A stretch of DNA of 48,581 nt from Deltaproteobacteria bacterium (lineage in GTDB: Bacteria > Myxococcota_A > UBA9160 > SMWR01): contig JAQBHB010000004.1 of the NCBI GenBank assembly GCA_032128115.1, positions 1 through 48,581 on the forward strand. Reading direction: 5' to 3'. The position numbers and the translations under genes were made by a program. The notes beneath the pieces are model-generated. The model searched no databases and had not been told where the DNA came from. It saw nothing but the letters and a program-made list of their open reading frames with translations. Position 1 is the first letter of the stretch, and the number at the start of each line of letters is the position of its first letter. This document shows positions 29,487 to 39,199 of the stretch, piece after piece.

Positions 29487-31631
29487 ATGGCCGCGGCGAT
29501 TCCCTGGAAGCCCCTGCTGGCCGCGGCCCTGGTGGCGGCGACCCTGGCGGCCTACGCCCCGGGATTCGCGAACGAATTCGTCAACTACGACGACGACGTC
29601 TACATCACCCACAGCGCGCCGGTGCGCGACGGCCTGAGCGCCTCGGGCGCGGCTTCTGCGTTCACCAGCTTCCAGGGCGCCAACTGGTTCCCATTGACGC
29701 GCCTGTCGTGGATGCTCGACGCCCAGGTCTACGGTCTCTCCCCCCACGGCTTCCACGCGACGAATCTGCTCTTCCACCTGATGAATACGCTGCTGTTGTT
29801 CGCCTTCTTCGTTCGCGCCAGTGGATCCATCGGGGCCAGTGCCTTCGTGGCGGCGGTCTTCGCCCTCCACCCCCTGCACGTGGAATCGGTGGCCTGGGCG
29901 TCGGCCCGCAAGGACGTGCTGAGCACCTGTTTCGGGCTGCTCGCGTTGCTGGCCTATGAACGCTACGCGCGCGGCGTGCGGCCGCGAGCGTGGTACGCCG
30001 CCGTCGCCGGCAGCCTGACGCTGGCGCTCATGGCCAAGCCCACCGTCGTGGTGCTGCCGTTGCTCCTGCTGTTGCTCGACGAATGGCCGCTTCGCCGCCT
30101 GCGCAAACGCGACGACCCGACCGCCTGGGACGCGGCGCGTGTGCGCGGGGCAGTTCGCGAGAAACTTCCGCTATTCGTGCTGGTGGCGCTGGCCGCTGCG
30201 GTCACCGTGGTCGCCCAGCACAGCGGCAACGCGCTGCAATCCCTCGAGCGCTATCCGCTGGACGTGCGGATCGGAAACGCGCTGGTGGCGACCCTCGCCT
30301 ATCTGCGCCTGGCCGTGCTGCCGTTCGGCCTGGGTGTCTTCTATCCACACCCGGGAAGCAGCTTGTCCCTGTGGCAGGGGGCCGGCGCTGCGCTGGTGCT
30401 GATGGCGGTGACGGGGCTCGCGTTGCGCGCCGCAAGGCATCGCCCCTACCTGGTGGTGGGTTGGCTGTGGTTCCTGGTGGGGCTCGCACCGGTGATCGGT
30501 CTCGTGCAGGTGGGCCAGGCGGCCATGGCCGATCGCTACACCTATCTGCCCCTGGTGGGGCTCTCGTGGATCGTGGCCTTCGGGATGCTCGATCTGGCCC
30601 GCGGTCACCTGGCCCGATCGTTCCTGGTGGCGGCAGCGTTGCTGGCCACGCTGACCCTGGCGGGGCTTACCGCGGCCCAGGTGCGCACCTGGCGCAACAG
30701 TGAAACGCTCTTCCGCCACGCGCTTGCGGTCAGCGAGCGCAACCACGTGGCCCACATCAACCTGGGGCTTGCGTTGCTGCAGCAGGAGCGGCTGTCCGAG
30801 GCCGAGCCGCATTTGCGCGAAGCCATCGCGATCGCGCCGCGATCCGCGGTGGCCCGCGGCTTGCTTGGTGAACTCCAACTGCGCGAATTGCGAACGGGCG
30901 AGGCGCTCGAGAGCTATCGCGGCGCCCTGCGCATCGAACCCGGCAAAGCGCGCTGGCTGGCGGGTCTGGGCAACGCCTACCTTGCGCGGGACGATCTGGA
31001 TGCCGCGGAGCGCGCCTATCGGGAAGGTCTTTCGCGGTCCCCGGACTCGGCCCTGCTTCATTCGAACCTGGCGCTGGTGCAGGCCCGGCGCGGCCACTAC
31101 GAAGCGGCCCTCGAGAGCTACGCAAGAGCCGCCGCCCTCGACCCGGAAAACGCCGACACCCAGGCCCACCTGGCCATGTCGCTGGTGGCCGTGGGCCAAG
31201 CCGAGCGTGCCATTCCCCACTTCGCGCGCGCGAGGGCCCTGGCCGGCGATCGGGTGGGCGTTCTCGTCGAACACGCCGGCGCCCTGCAGTCACTCGGTCG
31301 TCTCCCGGAAGCCCTGGAAACCTACGAAGCTGCCGTCGCCCTGGCGCCCGACAACGTCCCCCTGCTCAACAACCTGGCCCAGCTCCTGATCACCACGAAC
31401 ACCCGCCCGCAGCGTGCCCTGGCCCTGGCCGAAAAGGCCAACGACCTGACACGACACGAGGACCCCCGAGTCCTGGACACCCTCGCCCAGGCCCAGCTCG
31501 CCACCCACCAACCCGAAGCAGCCAGAAAAACCTGGGAAAAAGCCTTTACCCAAGCCGCCACCACCGGCAACGAAACCCTGGCCAAAGAAATTCAACAACG
31601 CCTGAAGACCCAGCCCTCAACAAATCAATAA
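29487..31631 (+). CDS. TMTC-like GT-C membrane protein with C-terminal TPR array (putative protein O-mannosyltransferase-like)
   Basis: FVNYDDDVYI, FHATNLLFH, FALHPLHVESVAW..RKD, ADRYTYLP, WRNSETLF, then about 7 TPRs. Confidence 0.8.
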   Translation: MAAAIPWKPLLAAALVAATLAAYAPGFANEFVNYDDDVYITHSAPVRDGLSASGAASAFTSFQGANWFPLTRLSWMLDAQVYGLSPHGFHATNLLFHLMNTLLLFAFFVRASGSIGASAFVAAVFALHPLHVESVAWASARKDVLSTCFGLLALLAYERYARGVRPRAWYAAVAGSLTLALMAKPTVVVLPLLLLLLDEWPLRRLRKRDDPTAWDAARVRGAVREKLPLFVLVALAAAVTVVAQHSGNALQSLERYPLDVRIGNALVATLAYLRLAVLPFGLGVFYPHPGSSLSLWQGAGAALVLMAVTGLALRAARHRPYLVVGWLWFLVGLAPVIGLVQVGQAAMADRYTYLPLVGLSWIVAFGMLDLARGHLARSFLVAAALLATLTLAGLTAAQVRTWRNSETLFRHALAVSERNHVAHINLGLALLQQERLSEAEPHLREAIAIAPRSAVARGLLGELQLRELRTGEALESYRGALRIEPGKARWLAGLGNAYLARDDLDAAERAYREGLSRSPDSALLHSNLALVQARRGHYEAALESYARAAALDPENADTQAHLAMSLVAVGQAERAIPHFARARALAGDRVGVLVEHAGALQSLGRLPEALETYEAAVALAPDNVPLLNNLAQLLITTNTRPQRALALAEKANDLTRHEDPRVLDTLAQAQLATHQPEAARKTWEKAFTQAATTGNETLAKEIQQRLKTQPSTNQ

Positions 31632-31663
31632 TCAACCCCGTCCCCGCTCGAGTCCCCGCTCGA
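31622..31663. repeat. REP-like dispersed element copy 1 plus 12-nt tandem (GTCCCCGCTCGA x2)
   Basis: AAATCAATAATCAACCCCGTCCCCGC; 24/26 identical to the reverse complement of 48545-48570. Confidence 0.85.
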
Positions 31664-31686
31664 CAGCACCACGCACCGCCCTCCCG

Positions 31687-34545
31687 CTACCGACCGCGCC
31701 TCTTCCTGGCCCCACTCAACACCCGAGCCAGATACCGCCCCGTATAAGATTCCTTGCAGCGAGCCACCGACTCCGGCAAACCCTGTGCCACCACGTGGCC
31801 GCCCCCCGGCCCCCCCTCGGGCCCCAGATCCACGATCCAATCCGCCGTCTTGATCACATCCAGGTTGTGCTCGATCACGATCACCGTATTGCCGGCATCC
31901 ACCAGGCGCCCAAGCACCTCCAACAGCTTCCGCACATCGTCGAAATGCAGCCCCGTCGTCGGCTCATCCAGGATGTAGAGCGTCCTTCCGGTGGCGCGTT
32001 TGGCCAGCTCCCGCGCCAGCTTGATGCGCTGGGCCTCGCCCCCCGACAGGGTGGGCGACGGCTGTCCCAGGTGCAGGTAGTCGAGCCCCACGTCCGTGAG
32101 CAGTGACAGCGGCCCGGCCAGCTTGGGGTGTGCCGCGAACAGATCCGCCGCCTCGCGCACCGTGAGCTCCAGCACGTCGGCGATCGACTTGCCCTTGTAG
32201 GTCACGCGCAGGGTCGCGTCATTGAAGCGCCGCCCATTGCATTCCTCGCAGCGCACGTAGACGTCGGGCAGGAAGTGCATCTCGATCTTGCGCACTCCGT
32301 CGCCCTGACACGCCTCGCAGCGGCCCCCCTTCACGTTGAACGAGAAGCGGCCCGGCTTGTAGCCGTGCATGCGCGCCTCGGGAAGCTGGGCGAACAAGCG
32401 ACGGATCTCGTCGAACACCTTGATGTAGGTGACCGGGTTGCTTCGCGGCGTCCGCCCGATGGGCCGCTGGTCGATGTTGATCACCTTGTCCAGCTGGGCG
32501 TGTCCCGAGATGCTGCGGTGGCGGCCCACGCGGCGCGACGAGCCGTGGAACTTTCGCGCCAGCGCCGGGTGCAGCACGTCGTTGACCAGAGTCGACTTGC
32601 CGGCGCCGGATACGCCCGTTACCGCCGTCAGCACGCCCAGCGGGAATTCCACGTCCACGTCCGCCAGGTTGTTTTCGCTGGCGCCGCTGATCTTGAGGCT
32701 CCCCGTGGCGCGGCGGCGCTCGTTCGGCGTTTCGATCCGGAGGCGCCCGGACAGATAGGCGCCGGTGAGGGAGCGGGGGTTCTTCTCCAGGCTCTGGGGG
32801 GTTCCCGAGTGCACGATGCGCCCGCCGGCCACGCCGGCGCCAGGGCCGAAGTCGATCACGTGATCGGCGGCGCGGATCGTCTCCTCGTCGTGCTCCACCA
32901 CCACCACGGTGTTGCCGATGTCGCGCATCTTCTCGAGGGTCGAGAGCAGGCGGCGGTTGTCGCGCTGGTGCAGTCCGATGGAGGGCTCGTCCAGGATGTA
33001 GATCACGCCGGTGAGCTCCGAGCCCACCTGGCTGGCCAGTCGGATGCGCTGGGCCTCGCCGCCCGAAAGCGTCGGGCCGGCCCGGTCGAGCGAGAGATAG
33101 CCAAGGCCCACCGAGGCCAGGAAGTCCAGGCGATTGCGGATCTCCTTGTGTACCTCGGCGGCGATCTGCTTGGACGCGCCCGTGAGCGCGAGTTCGCTGA
33201 AGCTCTGACGCGCCTCGTCCACGGTGAGAGCCGAGAGTTCCACGATGCTGCGCGCCGCGCGCCCCGAGCCGAGCCGCACGGCGGCGCTCTCGGGACGCAG
33301 GCGCGCGCCTCCGCAGCTGGAGCAGCGGGCATCTCCCAGGAACTGCCCGAGCCAACGCTTGGCGCGCTCGGAGCTGGTCTGCTTGAAGCGACGCATGAGG
33401 CGCGGGATCACCCCTTCCCACTCCAGGTCGAAGGTCCCCTTGCCCGTCTTGCCCGACCACTTGACCCGGAAGGTGCGCTCGCCCGCGCCGTGGAGCAGCA
33501 GGTCGCGCTGCTTCGCAGGGAGCTTGCGCCAGGGTCGGTCCGTGTCGATCCGCAGGTGCTCCACCATCTGGCCGCGGAAGCCGTGGACCCAGCCGGTCTT
33601 GTCGGAAACCCCCGGACCCCAGGGCTTGATGGCGCCCTGATCGAGAGAGAGGGAGTCGTCGGGAACCACCAGATCCGGGTCGATCTCGACGCGTGCGCCG
33701 AGCCCGTTGCAGTCGACGCACATGCCCTGGGGGCTGTTGAAGGAGAACGACTGGGGTGTGAGTTCGGGGAATGACAGGCCGCAAGGGCCGCACGCCATCT
33801 TCTCCGAGAAGACGCGATCGACACCACGGGGCGTGGACGCGATCAGCATGCCCTCGCCCACCTTGAGAGCCGACTCCACCGATTCGGTGAGCCGGCTGCC
33901 GACACCGCGGCCCACGGCCAGGCGATCCACCACGGCCTCCACCGTGTGCTTGCGGCGCTTGTCGAGGGCCACCACGTCCTCGCTCAGCACGATCCCGCCG
34001 TTCACCCGCAGGCGCACGAAGCCCGCCAGGCGGGCCTGCGCCAGCATTTCCCGGTGCTCGCCCTTGCGATTGACCAGCAGGGGCGCCAGCAGCACCAGAC
34101 GCGTGCCCTCGGGCCAGGCCAGCAGCTCCTTGGCGATCTGCTGGGCCGTCTGCCCCTGCACGGGTGCGCCGCACCGGTGGCAGTGCTGGGTGCCGACCCG
34201 TGCGTACAGCACCCGCAGGTAGTCGGAGATCTCGGTGATGGTGCCCACGGTGGAACGCGGGTTGGTTCCGGTGGTCTTCTGCTCGATGGAAATGGTCGGC
34301 GACAGGCCGCGGATCGTGTCGTAGCGGGGCTTTTCCATCTGCCCCAGGAACTGGCGCGCGTACGCGGACAGCGACTCCACATAACGGCGCTGCCCCTCGG
34401 CGTAGAGGGTGTCGAAAGCCAGGGACGATTTGCCGGAGCCCGAAACTCCGGTCAACACCACGAGCTTCTTCTTGGGGATCCGAACGTCGACGGAGCGCAG
34501 GTTGTGTTCCCGCGCTCCCCGGATGCGAACGTGGTCGAGCTCCAT
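31687..34545 (-). CDS. uvrA: Excinuclease ABC subunit A
   Basis: GAREHNL, GVSGSGKSSLAFDTLYAEGQRRY, zinc fingers, two LSGGEAQRI and ILDEP motifs. Confidence 0.98.
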   Translation of the reverse strand: MELDHVRIRGAREHNLRSVDVRIPKKKLVVLTGVSGSGKSSLAFDTLYAEGQRRYVESLSAYARQFLGQMEKPRYDTIRGLSPTISIEQKTTGTNPRSTVGTITEISDYLRVLYARVGTQHCHRCGAPVQGQTAQQIAKELLAWPEGTRLVLLAPLLVNRKGEHREMLAQARLAGFVRLRVNGGIVLSEDVVALDKRRKHTVEAVVDRLAVGRGVGSRLTESVESALKVGEGMLIASTPRGVDRVFSEKMACGPCGLSFPELTPQSFSFNSPQGMCVDCNGLGARVEIDPDLVVPDDSLSLDQGAIKPWGPGVSDKTGWVHGFRGQMVEHLRIDTDRPWRKLPAKQRDLLLHGAGERTFRVKWSGKTGKGTFDLEWEGVIPRLMRRFKQTSSERAKRWLGQFLGDARCSSCGGARLRPESAAVRLGSGRAARSIVELSALTVDEARQSFSELALTGASKQIAAEVHKEIRNRLDFLASVGLGYLSLDRAGPTLSGGEAQRIRLASQVGSELTGVIYILDEPSIGLHQRDNRRLLSTLEKMRDIGNTVVVVEHDEETIRAADHVIDFGPGAGVAGGRIVHSGTPQSLEKNPRSLTGAYLSGRLRIETPNERRRATGSLKISGASENNLADVDVEFPLGVLTAVTGVSGAGKSTLVNDVLHPALARKFHGSSRRVGRHRSISGHAQLDKVINIDQRPIGRTPRSNPVTYIKVFDEIRRLFAQLPEARMHGYKPGRFSFNVKGGRCEACQGDGVRKIEMHFLPDVYVRCEECNGRRFNDATLRVTYKGKSIADVLELTVREAADLFAAHPKLAGPLSLLTDVGLDYLHLGQPSPTLSGGEAQRIKLARELAKRATGRTLYILDEPTTGLHFDDVRKLLEVLGRLVDAGNTVIVIEHNLDVIKTADWIVDLGPEGGPGGGHVVAQGLPESVARCKESYTGRYLARVLSGARKRRGR

Positions 34546-34571
34546 GGGGAAGCCCCAGCATAGGCCAACGT

Positions 34572-36959
34572 CTAGCGTTCGAGGAGTTCGCGGACCTTGG
34601 CCAGCAGGGCCGTGGGCAGGAATGGCTTGTGGAGGAATCCCGACAGGCCCAGGTCGGCCAGCTGGCTGTTCAGGCTGGCAGTGGCGTAGCCACTTACCAT
34701 CACCACGGGCACGTCGGGCCGCAGCTCGCGGATGCGCTCGAAAGCCTCCTCGCCGCTGGAAGCGGGCATGGTGCGGTCGAGCAACACCAGGCGGATCGAG
34801 TCCGCGTGCTCGGCGAAAAGGCGCACGGCCTCGCGCCCGTTGTGGGCGCAGAGCACCGTGAGCCCCGCGCTTTCCAGGGTCTCGGTGCTGAACTCGAGCA
34901 CTCCTTGGTCGTCGTCCACCACCAGGACGGTCCCGGTGCCCTGCCAGCTGGTTATGTCGGTCTCCTCGGTCTTCGGGTGGCTGTAGCGACGCGCCGAGCG
35001 GGGCAGCAGCACCCGAAAGCGCGTTCCCAGGCCGGGAACGCTGTCGAGTTCGATGGCGCCCCCGTGGGATCGCACGATACCCAGCACCGCCGCGAGGCCC
35101 AGGCCGCGCCCGGTGAACTTGGTGGTGAAGAACGGATCGAAGATCCGGGTACGGGTCTCCGAATCCATGCCCGTGCCCGTATCCACCACCTCGAAATAGA
35201 CGTAGGTGCCCTCGGGTAGATTCTCACCGGGAAGCGTCTGCTCCAACAGGGCGCGATCCGCCTCGACGACCCCCGTGCGGATCGCGATGCGCCCGGCGTG
35301 GTCGCCCAGGGATTCGGCGGCATTGGTGATCAGGTTCATGGCCACCTGGCTCAGCTGGGCCGCGTCGGCCTCCACCGACGGCAGGTCCGGCGCGAGCTCG
35401 TACAAAAGCTCCGCCTTCTTGGAGACGGCACTCGCCAGCAGTTGCCCCATTTCCTCCACCAATCGCGACAGGTCAAGCACTTCGAACTGCAGGCTCTCGT
35501 TGCCCGTGTAGGCCAGCATCTGGTTGGTGAGCGCGGCGGCCCGATGGGCGGCCTTCTGGATCATCTGGATGCGCGCCCGGGCCGGGGACTCCGGGGGCAG
35601 CTCCATCAGGGCGAGGGTGGTTCCGCCCAGGATCGGGGTCAGCAGGTTGTTGAAGTCATGGGCGATGCCGCCCGCCATTACGCCCAGGCTCTCGAGCTTC
35701 TGGGCCTGCTGCATGCGCTCTTGCAGCTCCTGGCGCTCGCGCTCGGCTTCGCGTTTCTCGGTGACGTCCCAGTGCACCCCGAGGAGGCGAAGCTCGCCGT
35801 CGATGCTGCGGTAGGGAAGCCCCCGCCCCTCGAGCCAGTGGTACGTACCGTCCCTGTGGCGCGCCCGGAAGGCGTTGCTGGTGACGCTGCTCTCGCTGGC
35901 GACCGCTTCCAGGAAGGTCTCTACCAGGCTTTCCACGTCGTCCGGGTGCACCAGGGCGAACGGCGTGGTGCCGACCATCTCCTCGGGCCGGTAGCCCAGG
36001 ATGTCCACCAGGCTGGGGCTCACGTACGCCATGCGTCCCTCGGGATCCAGCTCGGAGATCAGGTTGCCACTGGCTTCGGTGACGTAGCGATAGCGCTTCT
36101 CGCTCTCGACCAGTTCGAGCTGCGCGGTTCGCTGCGCGTTGATGTCGCGACAGATTACCACGACGCGGAGCTCCCCGTCCGAGCGCTGATAGGTGGTGGC
36201 GGTGTTCTCGAACCAACGCCACGTGTCGTCTGCACTCCGGAAGCGTACCTGGTGCTCTCCGCCTCCGGTGGCGATCACCCGGGTGCGGTAGCCCGTGCGC
36301 ATCGACTCCTGATCCTCGGGGTGCACCATTCCGATGTCGGCCATGTCGGCGAGGCTCTTGCCGATGAAGAACTCCGGCGAACGTCCGAACAGCCGCCGGC
36401 AGTTGGAACTCGCGAACAGGAACCTCCCGTTGATGTCGAGTTCGGCGAGGAAGTCCGATGCGTTGTCCACCATGGCCTGGAAGCGGTCTTCGCTATCCCG
36501 GCGCGCTTCGTCGGCCCGCCTCACGTCGGTGATGTCGCGCGAGAAGGCCACCACCCGGGGTTCCCCGCCGGCCGTGCGATAGACGGACCCGGTGCCTTCG
36601 AGCCAGACCCAGTGGCCCGACTTGTGTCGGGCGCGGTAGAGATAGCGGGCCACCTGGCCGGACGTGATCGCCGTCTGGAAGCTGTCCTGGAGCTTGACGA
36701 GATCCTCCTCGTGGATCCACTGGAAGCCCTGCTGGCCGATGATCTCCTCGGGCGAATATCCGAGCAGGTCCGGAAGCGTGGAACTCACGTAGGTGATGCG
36801 CCCTTCGCCGTCGATCTCGCAGATCATGGCGCGCATGTTCTCGAGGATGTGGGTGTAGGGGTCGCTTGCGTGGGTCCCCTGGCCCCGGGCGGCGAGCCGT
36901 TCGCGGAGGGCGTGAAGCTCCGCTATGAGCTCGGCCTTCGACTTATGCTCATCGCGCAT
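34572..36959 (-). CDS. Hybrid sensor histidine kinase/receiver with 3 PAS domains (CckA-like)
   Basis: Three PAS domains, [52 protein letters not shown] (VDDD, LLDRTMP, KPF). Confidence 0.92.
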   Translation of the reverse strand: MRDEHKSKAELIAELHALRERLAARGQGTHASDPYTHILENMRAMICEIDGEGRITYVSSTLPDLLGYSPEEIIGQQGFQWIHEEDLVKLQDSFQTAITSGQVARYLYRARHKSGHWVWLEGTGSVYRTAGGEPRVVAFSRDITDVRRADEARRDSEDRFQAMVDNASDFLAELDINGRFLFASSNCRRLFGRSPEFFIGKSLADMADIGMVHPEDQESMRTGYRTRVIATGGGEHQVRFRSADDTWRWFENTATTYQRSDGELRVVVICRDINAQRTAQLELVESEKRYRYVTEASGNLISELDPEGRMAYVSPSLVDILGYRPEEMVGTTPFALVHPDDVESLVETFLEAVASESSVTSNAFRARHRDGTYHWLEGRGLPYRSIDGELRLLGVHWDVTEKREAERERQELQERMQQAQKLESLGVMAGGIAHDFNNLLTPILGGTTLALMELPPESPARARIQMIQKAAHRAAALTNQMLAYTGNESLQFEVLDLSRLVEEMGQLLASAVSKKAELLYELAPDLPSVEADAAQLSQVAMNLITNAAESLGDHAGRIAIRTGVVEADRALLEQTLPGENLPEGTYVYFEVVDTGTGMDSETRTRIFDPFFTTKFTGRGLGLAAVLGIVRSHGGAIELDSVPGLGTRFRVLLPRSARRYSHPKTEETDITSWQGTGTVLVVDDDQGVLEFSTETLESAGLTVLCAHNGREAVRLFAEHADSIRLVLLDRTMPASSGEEAFERIRELRPDVPVVMVSGYATASLNSQLADLGLSGFLHKPFLPTALLAKVRELLER

Positions 36960-37034
36960 CGGGCACCCCGGCCCCCGATATACGCCTCCTCACGGGGGGG
37001 GACAAGCGAAACCTCGCTCCCCTGGATCACGGGA

Positions 37035-39047
37035 TCAGGATGCAGTGGGGCGCCGTTCCAGCGCTTCGCGAATCACACGAACCAGCGTCGAAGGCAGGAA
37101 GGGCTTGTGCAGGAAGCCAGCCAGGCGTCGGGCATTGAAGCTCTTGCTGGCTCGGTCCTGGCTGTAGCCGCTCACCAGCACGATGGCCACTTCCGGGCGG
37201 ATCTGCGCGATGCGCTCGAAGGTTTCTTCGCCCCCCATGCCGGGCATGGTGCGGTCGAGCAGCACCGCGCGGATCGAATCGGCGTTGGCGCGGAATACCT
37301 CCACGGCGCTGGCCCCGTCGCTCACCGACAGCACGCGGAAGCCCGCTCGCTCCAGGGTATCGGCTGCCAGGGCGCGCACGCCCTCGTCGTCATCCACCAC
37401 CAGCACGCTTCCGGTGCCGAGCCAGCGGTCCTCCTCGGCGGCGAAGGGTACCTCGCGCAGGGCGGGATTCTCGCACTGCGGGAACAGGATGCGCACGCGG
37501 GTGCCCAGGCCCGGCGCGCTGTCGATCTCGATGGCGGCCCGGTGGGTTTGCACGATTCCCAACACCGCCGCGAGCCCCAGGCCGCGCCCGGTGAACTTGG
37601 TGGAGAAGAAGGGATCGAAGACCCGGGCGCGAGTGCTCGGGTCCATGCCCCGGCCCGTGTCCGAGACCTCCAGGTATACGTAGGTGCCTTCGGGCAGATC
37701 GTCGTCGGGAAAGGCCTGGGAGAGCAGGGCCCGGTCGGCCTCCAGGCTGCCGGTGCGAACCGTGATGCGCCCGGTGCCTTCGCCAAGGGCGTCCGAGGCG
37801 TTGCTCACCAGGTTCATGGCCACCTGGCTCAGCTGGGCGGCGTCGGCCTCGATCAGCGGCAGATCGTGGGTCAGGTCGTACTCGAGCACGGCCTTGCGGG
37901 TGGCGGCGCTCTCGATCAATTTGGACATCTCGCGCAGGATCCGCGTCAGATCCAGCGGCTCGGTGTGTATCGACTCGGTGCCCGCATACGCCAGCATCTG
38001 GCGTGTGAGTTCGGCGGTGCGCTGGGTGGCGCCGACGATCCGCTCCATGCGTTCGCGCAGCGGTGAGTCGTCCGGCAGGTCCATGAGTGCGAGACTCGCT
38101 TCGCCCAGGATCGGGGTCAGCAGATTGTTGAAGTCGTGGGCGATGCCGCCCGCCAGCACGCCCAGGCTTTCGAGCTTCTGGGCCTGCTGCATGCGCTGCT
38201 CGAGATGCAGGCGCTCGGCTCTGGCAGCACGCTCCTTGGTGACGTCGCGGGAGACGGTCACCAGGCGCATCTCGCCGTCCGCCGTCTGGTAGTTCACGCC
38301 GCCGCCCTCGATCCAGCGCAGCGAGCCGTCGCGGTGCCGCACCCGGTAGGTCTCGGCCTTGACGACGCCAAGAGATTTCGAGAGATCCACGAAGCCCGCC
38401 ACGCCGCGTTCGTAGTCGTCCTCGTCGAGGAACTCGAACAGCACCTTCCCGACCATCTCTTCCGGCGTGTAGCCGATCACTTCTTTCGAGTTCGGGCTCA
38501 CGTAGAGGGCGCGGCCTCTGGAGTCGAGCTCGGTCACCATCTCGTGGGTGGTCTCGGCAAGCACCCGGAAGCGCTCCTCACTGTGGCGCAAGCGCTGCTC
38601 GGCCTCGATACGCTCGGTGACGTCGCGGGCGATCACCACCAGGCGCATGCCGCCGTCTTCCAGCAGGTGGCGTTTGGCGCTGCACTCGAGCCAGCGCCAG
38701 CTGCCGTTGGGGTGCAGGACGCGGCACTGGAACTTTCCGTTGTGCGACGAGTCGGCGGACTGGCGGAAGGTCTTCCGAAGATTCTCCACGTCGTCCGGGT
38801 GCAGCCACGTGCGCAGGCCGCTCTCATCCGCCGTCCTGGCCACGATCTCCTCGGCGGGCCTTCCGATCACGTCCACGCAGTTGGCGCTCACGAAGAGCAG
38901 GCGGCCGGACTCATCCACCTCGACAAGCAGGTCGGACGCGTTCTCGGCCAGCCGCCGATAGCGTGCGGCTTCGGCGCTGATGCGACTCAGTTGCTCGCGC
39001 AGTTCGCGGATCCCCCCGTCCGGACCCGAACTGCGAGGCTTGCTCAT
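37035..39047 (-). CDS. Hybrid sensor histidine kinase/receiver with 2 PAS domains (paralog of neighbour)
   Basis: Two PAS domains, [36 protein letters not shown]. Start taken at ATG 39047. Confidence 0.9.
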   Translation of the reverse strand: MSKPRSSGPDGGIRELREQLSRISAEAARYRRLAENASDLLVEVDESGRLLFVSANCVDVIGRPAEEIVARTADESGLRTWLHPDDVENLRKTFRQSADSSHNGKFQCRVLHPNGSWRWLECSAKRHLLEDGGMRLVVIARDVTERIEAEQRLRHSEERFRVLAETTHEMVTELDSRGRALYVSPNSKEVIGYTPEEMVGKVLFEFLDEDDYERGVAGFVDLSKSLGVVKAETYRVRHRDGSLRWIEGGGVNYQTADGEMRLVTVSRDVTKERAARAERLHLEQRMQQAQKLESLGVLAGGIAHDFNNLLTPILGEASLALMDLPDDSPLRERMERIVGATQRTAELTRQMLAYAGTESIHTEPLDLTRILREMSKLIESAATRKAVLEYDLTHDLPLIEADAAQLSQVAMNLVSNASDALGEGTGRITVRTGSLEADRALLSQAFPDDDLPEGTYVYLEVSDTGRGMDPSTRARVFDPFFSTKFTGRGLGLAAVLGIVQTHRAAIEIDSAPGLGTRVRILFPQCENPALREVPFAAEEDRWLGTGSVLVVDDDEGVRALAADTLERAGFRVLSVSDGASAVEVFRANADSIRAVLLDRTMPGMGGEETFERIAQIRPEVAIVLVSGYSQDRASKSFNARRLAGFLHKPFLPSTLVRVIREALERRPTAS

Positions 39048-39199
39048 CCATGCCCCCGAACCGGCTGCGTGTCTGATCGACACGAGCCACCGGGCGTGGG
39101 CGTGCGTCTGGCTGACACCCCCCAGGTACCTCTCTCGTATACGCCCTCCGGAAGCGGGCGACAAGGGCCGAGGCAGCGATCGTGTGTCGACTCGAATCT

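Noticed and set aside
31400..31700. Diversity-generating retroelement variable region
   Set aside because: No reverse transcriptase or template repeat in the window; the bias is loss of G, not variation at A.
31320..31980. Horizontally acquired low-GC insert
   Set aside because: Both flanking genes run continuously through the zone with conserved motifs; only G on one strand drops while C stays high, and the change is gradual.
32128..38066. Large antisense or alternate-frame ORFs (548, 780 and 922 aa)
   Set aside because: Shadow ORFs of uvrA and the kinases, expected in high-GC DNA; no recognisable motifs.
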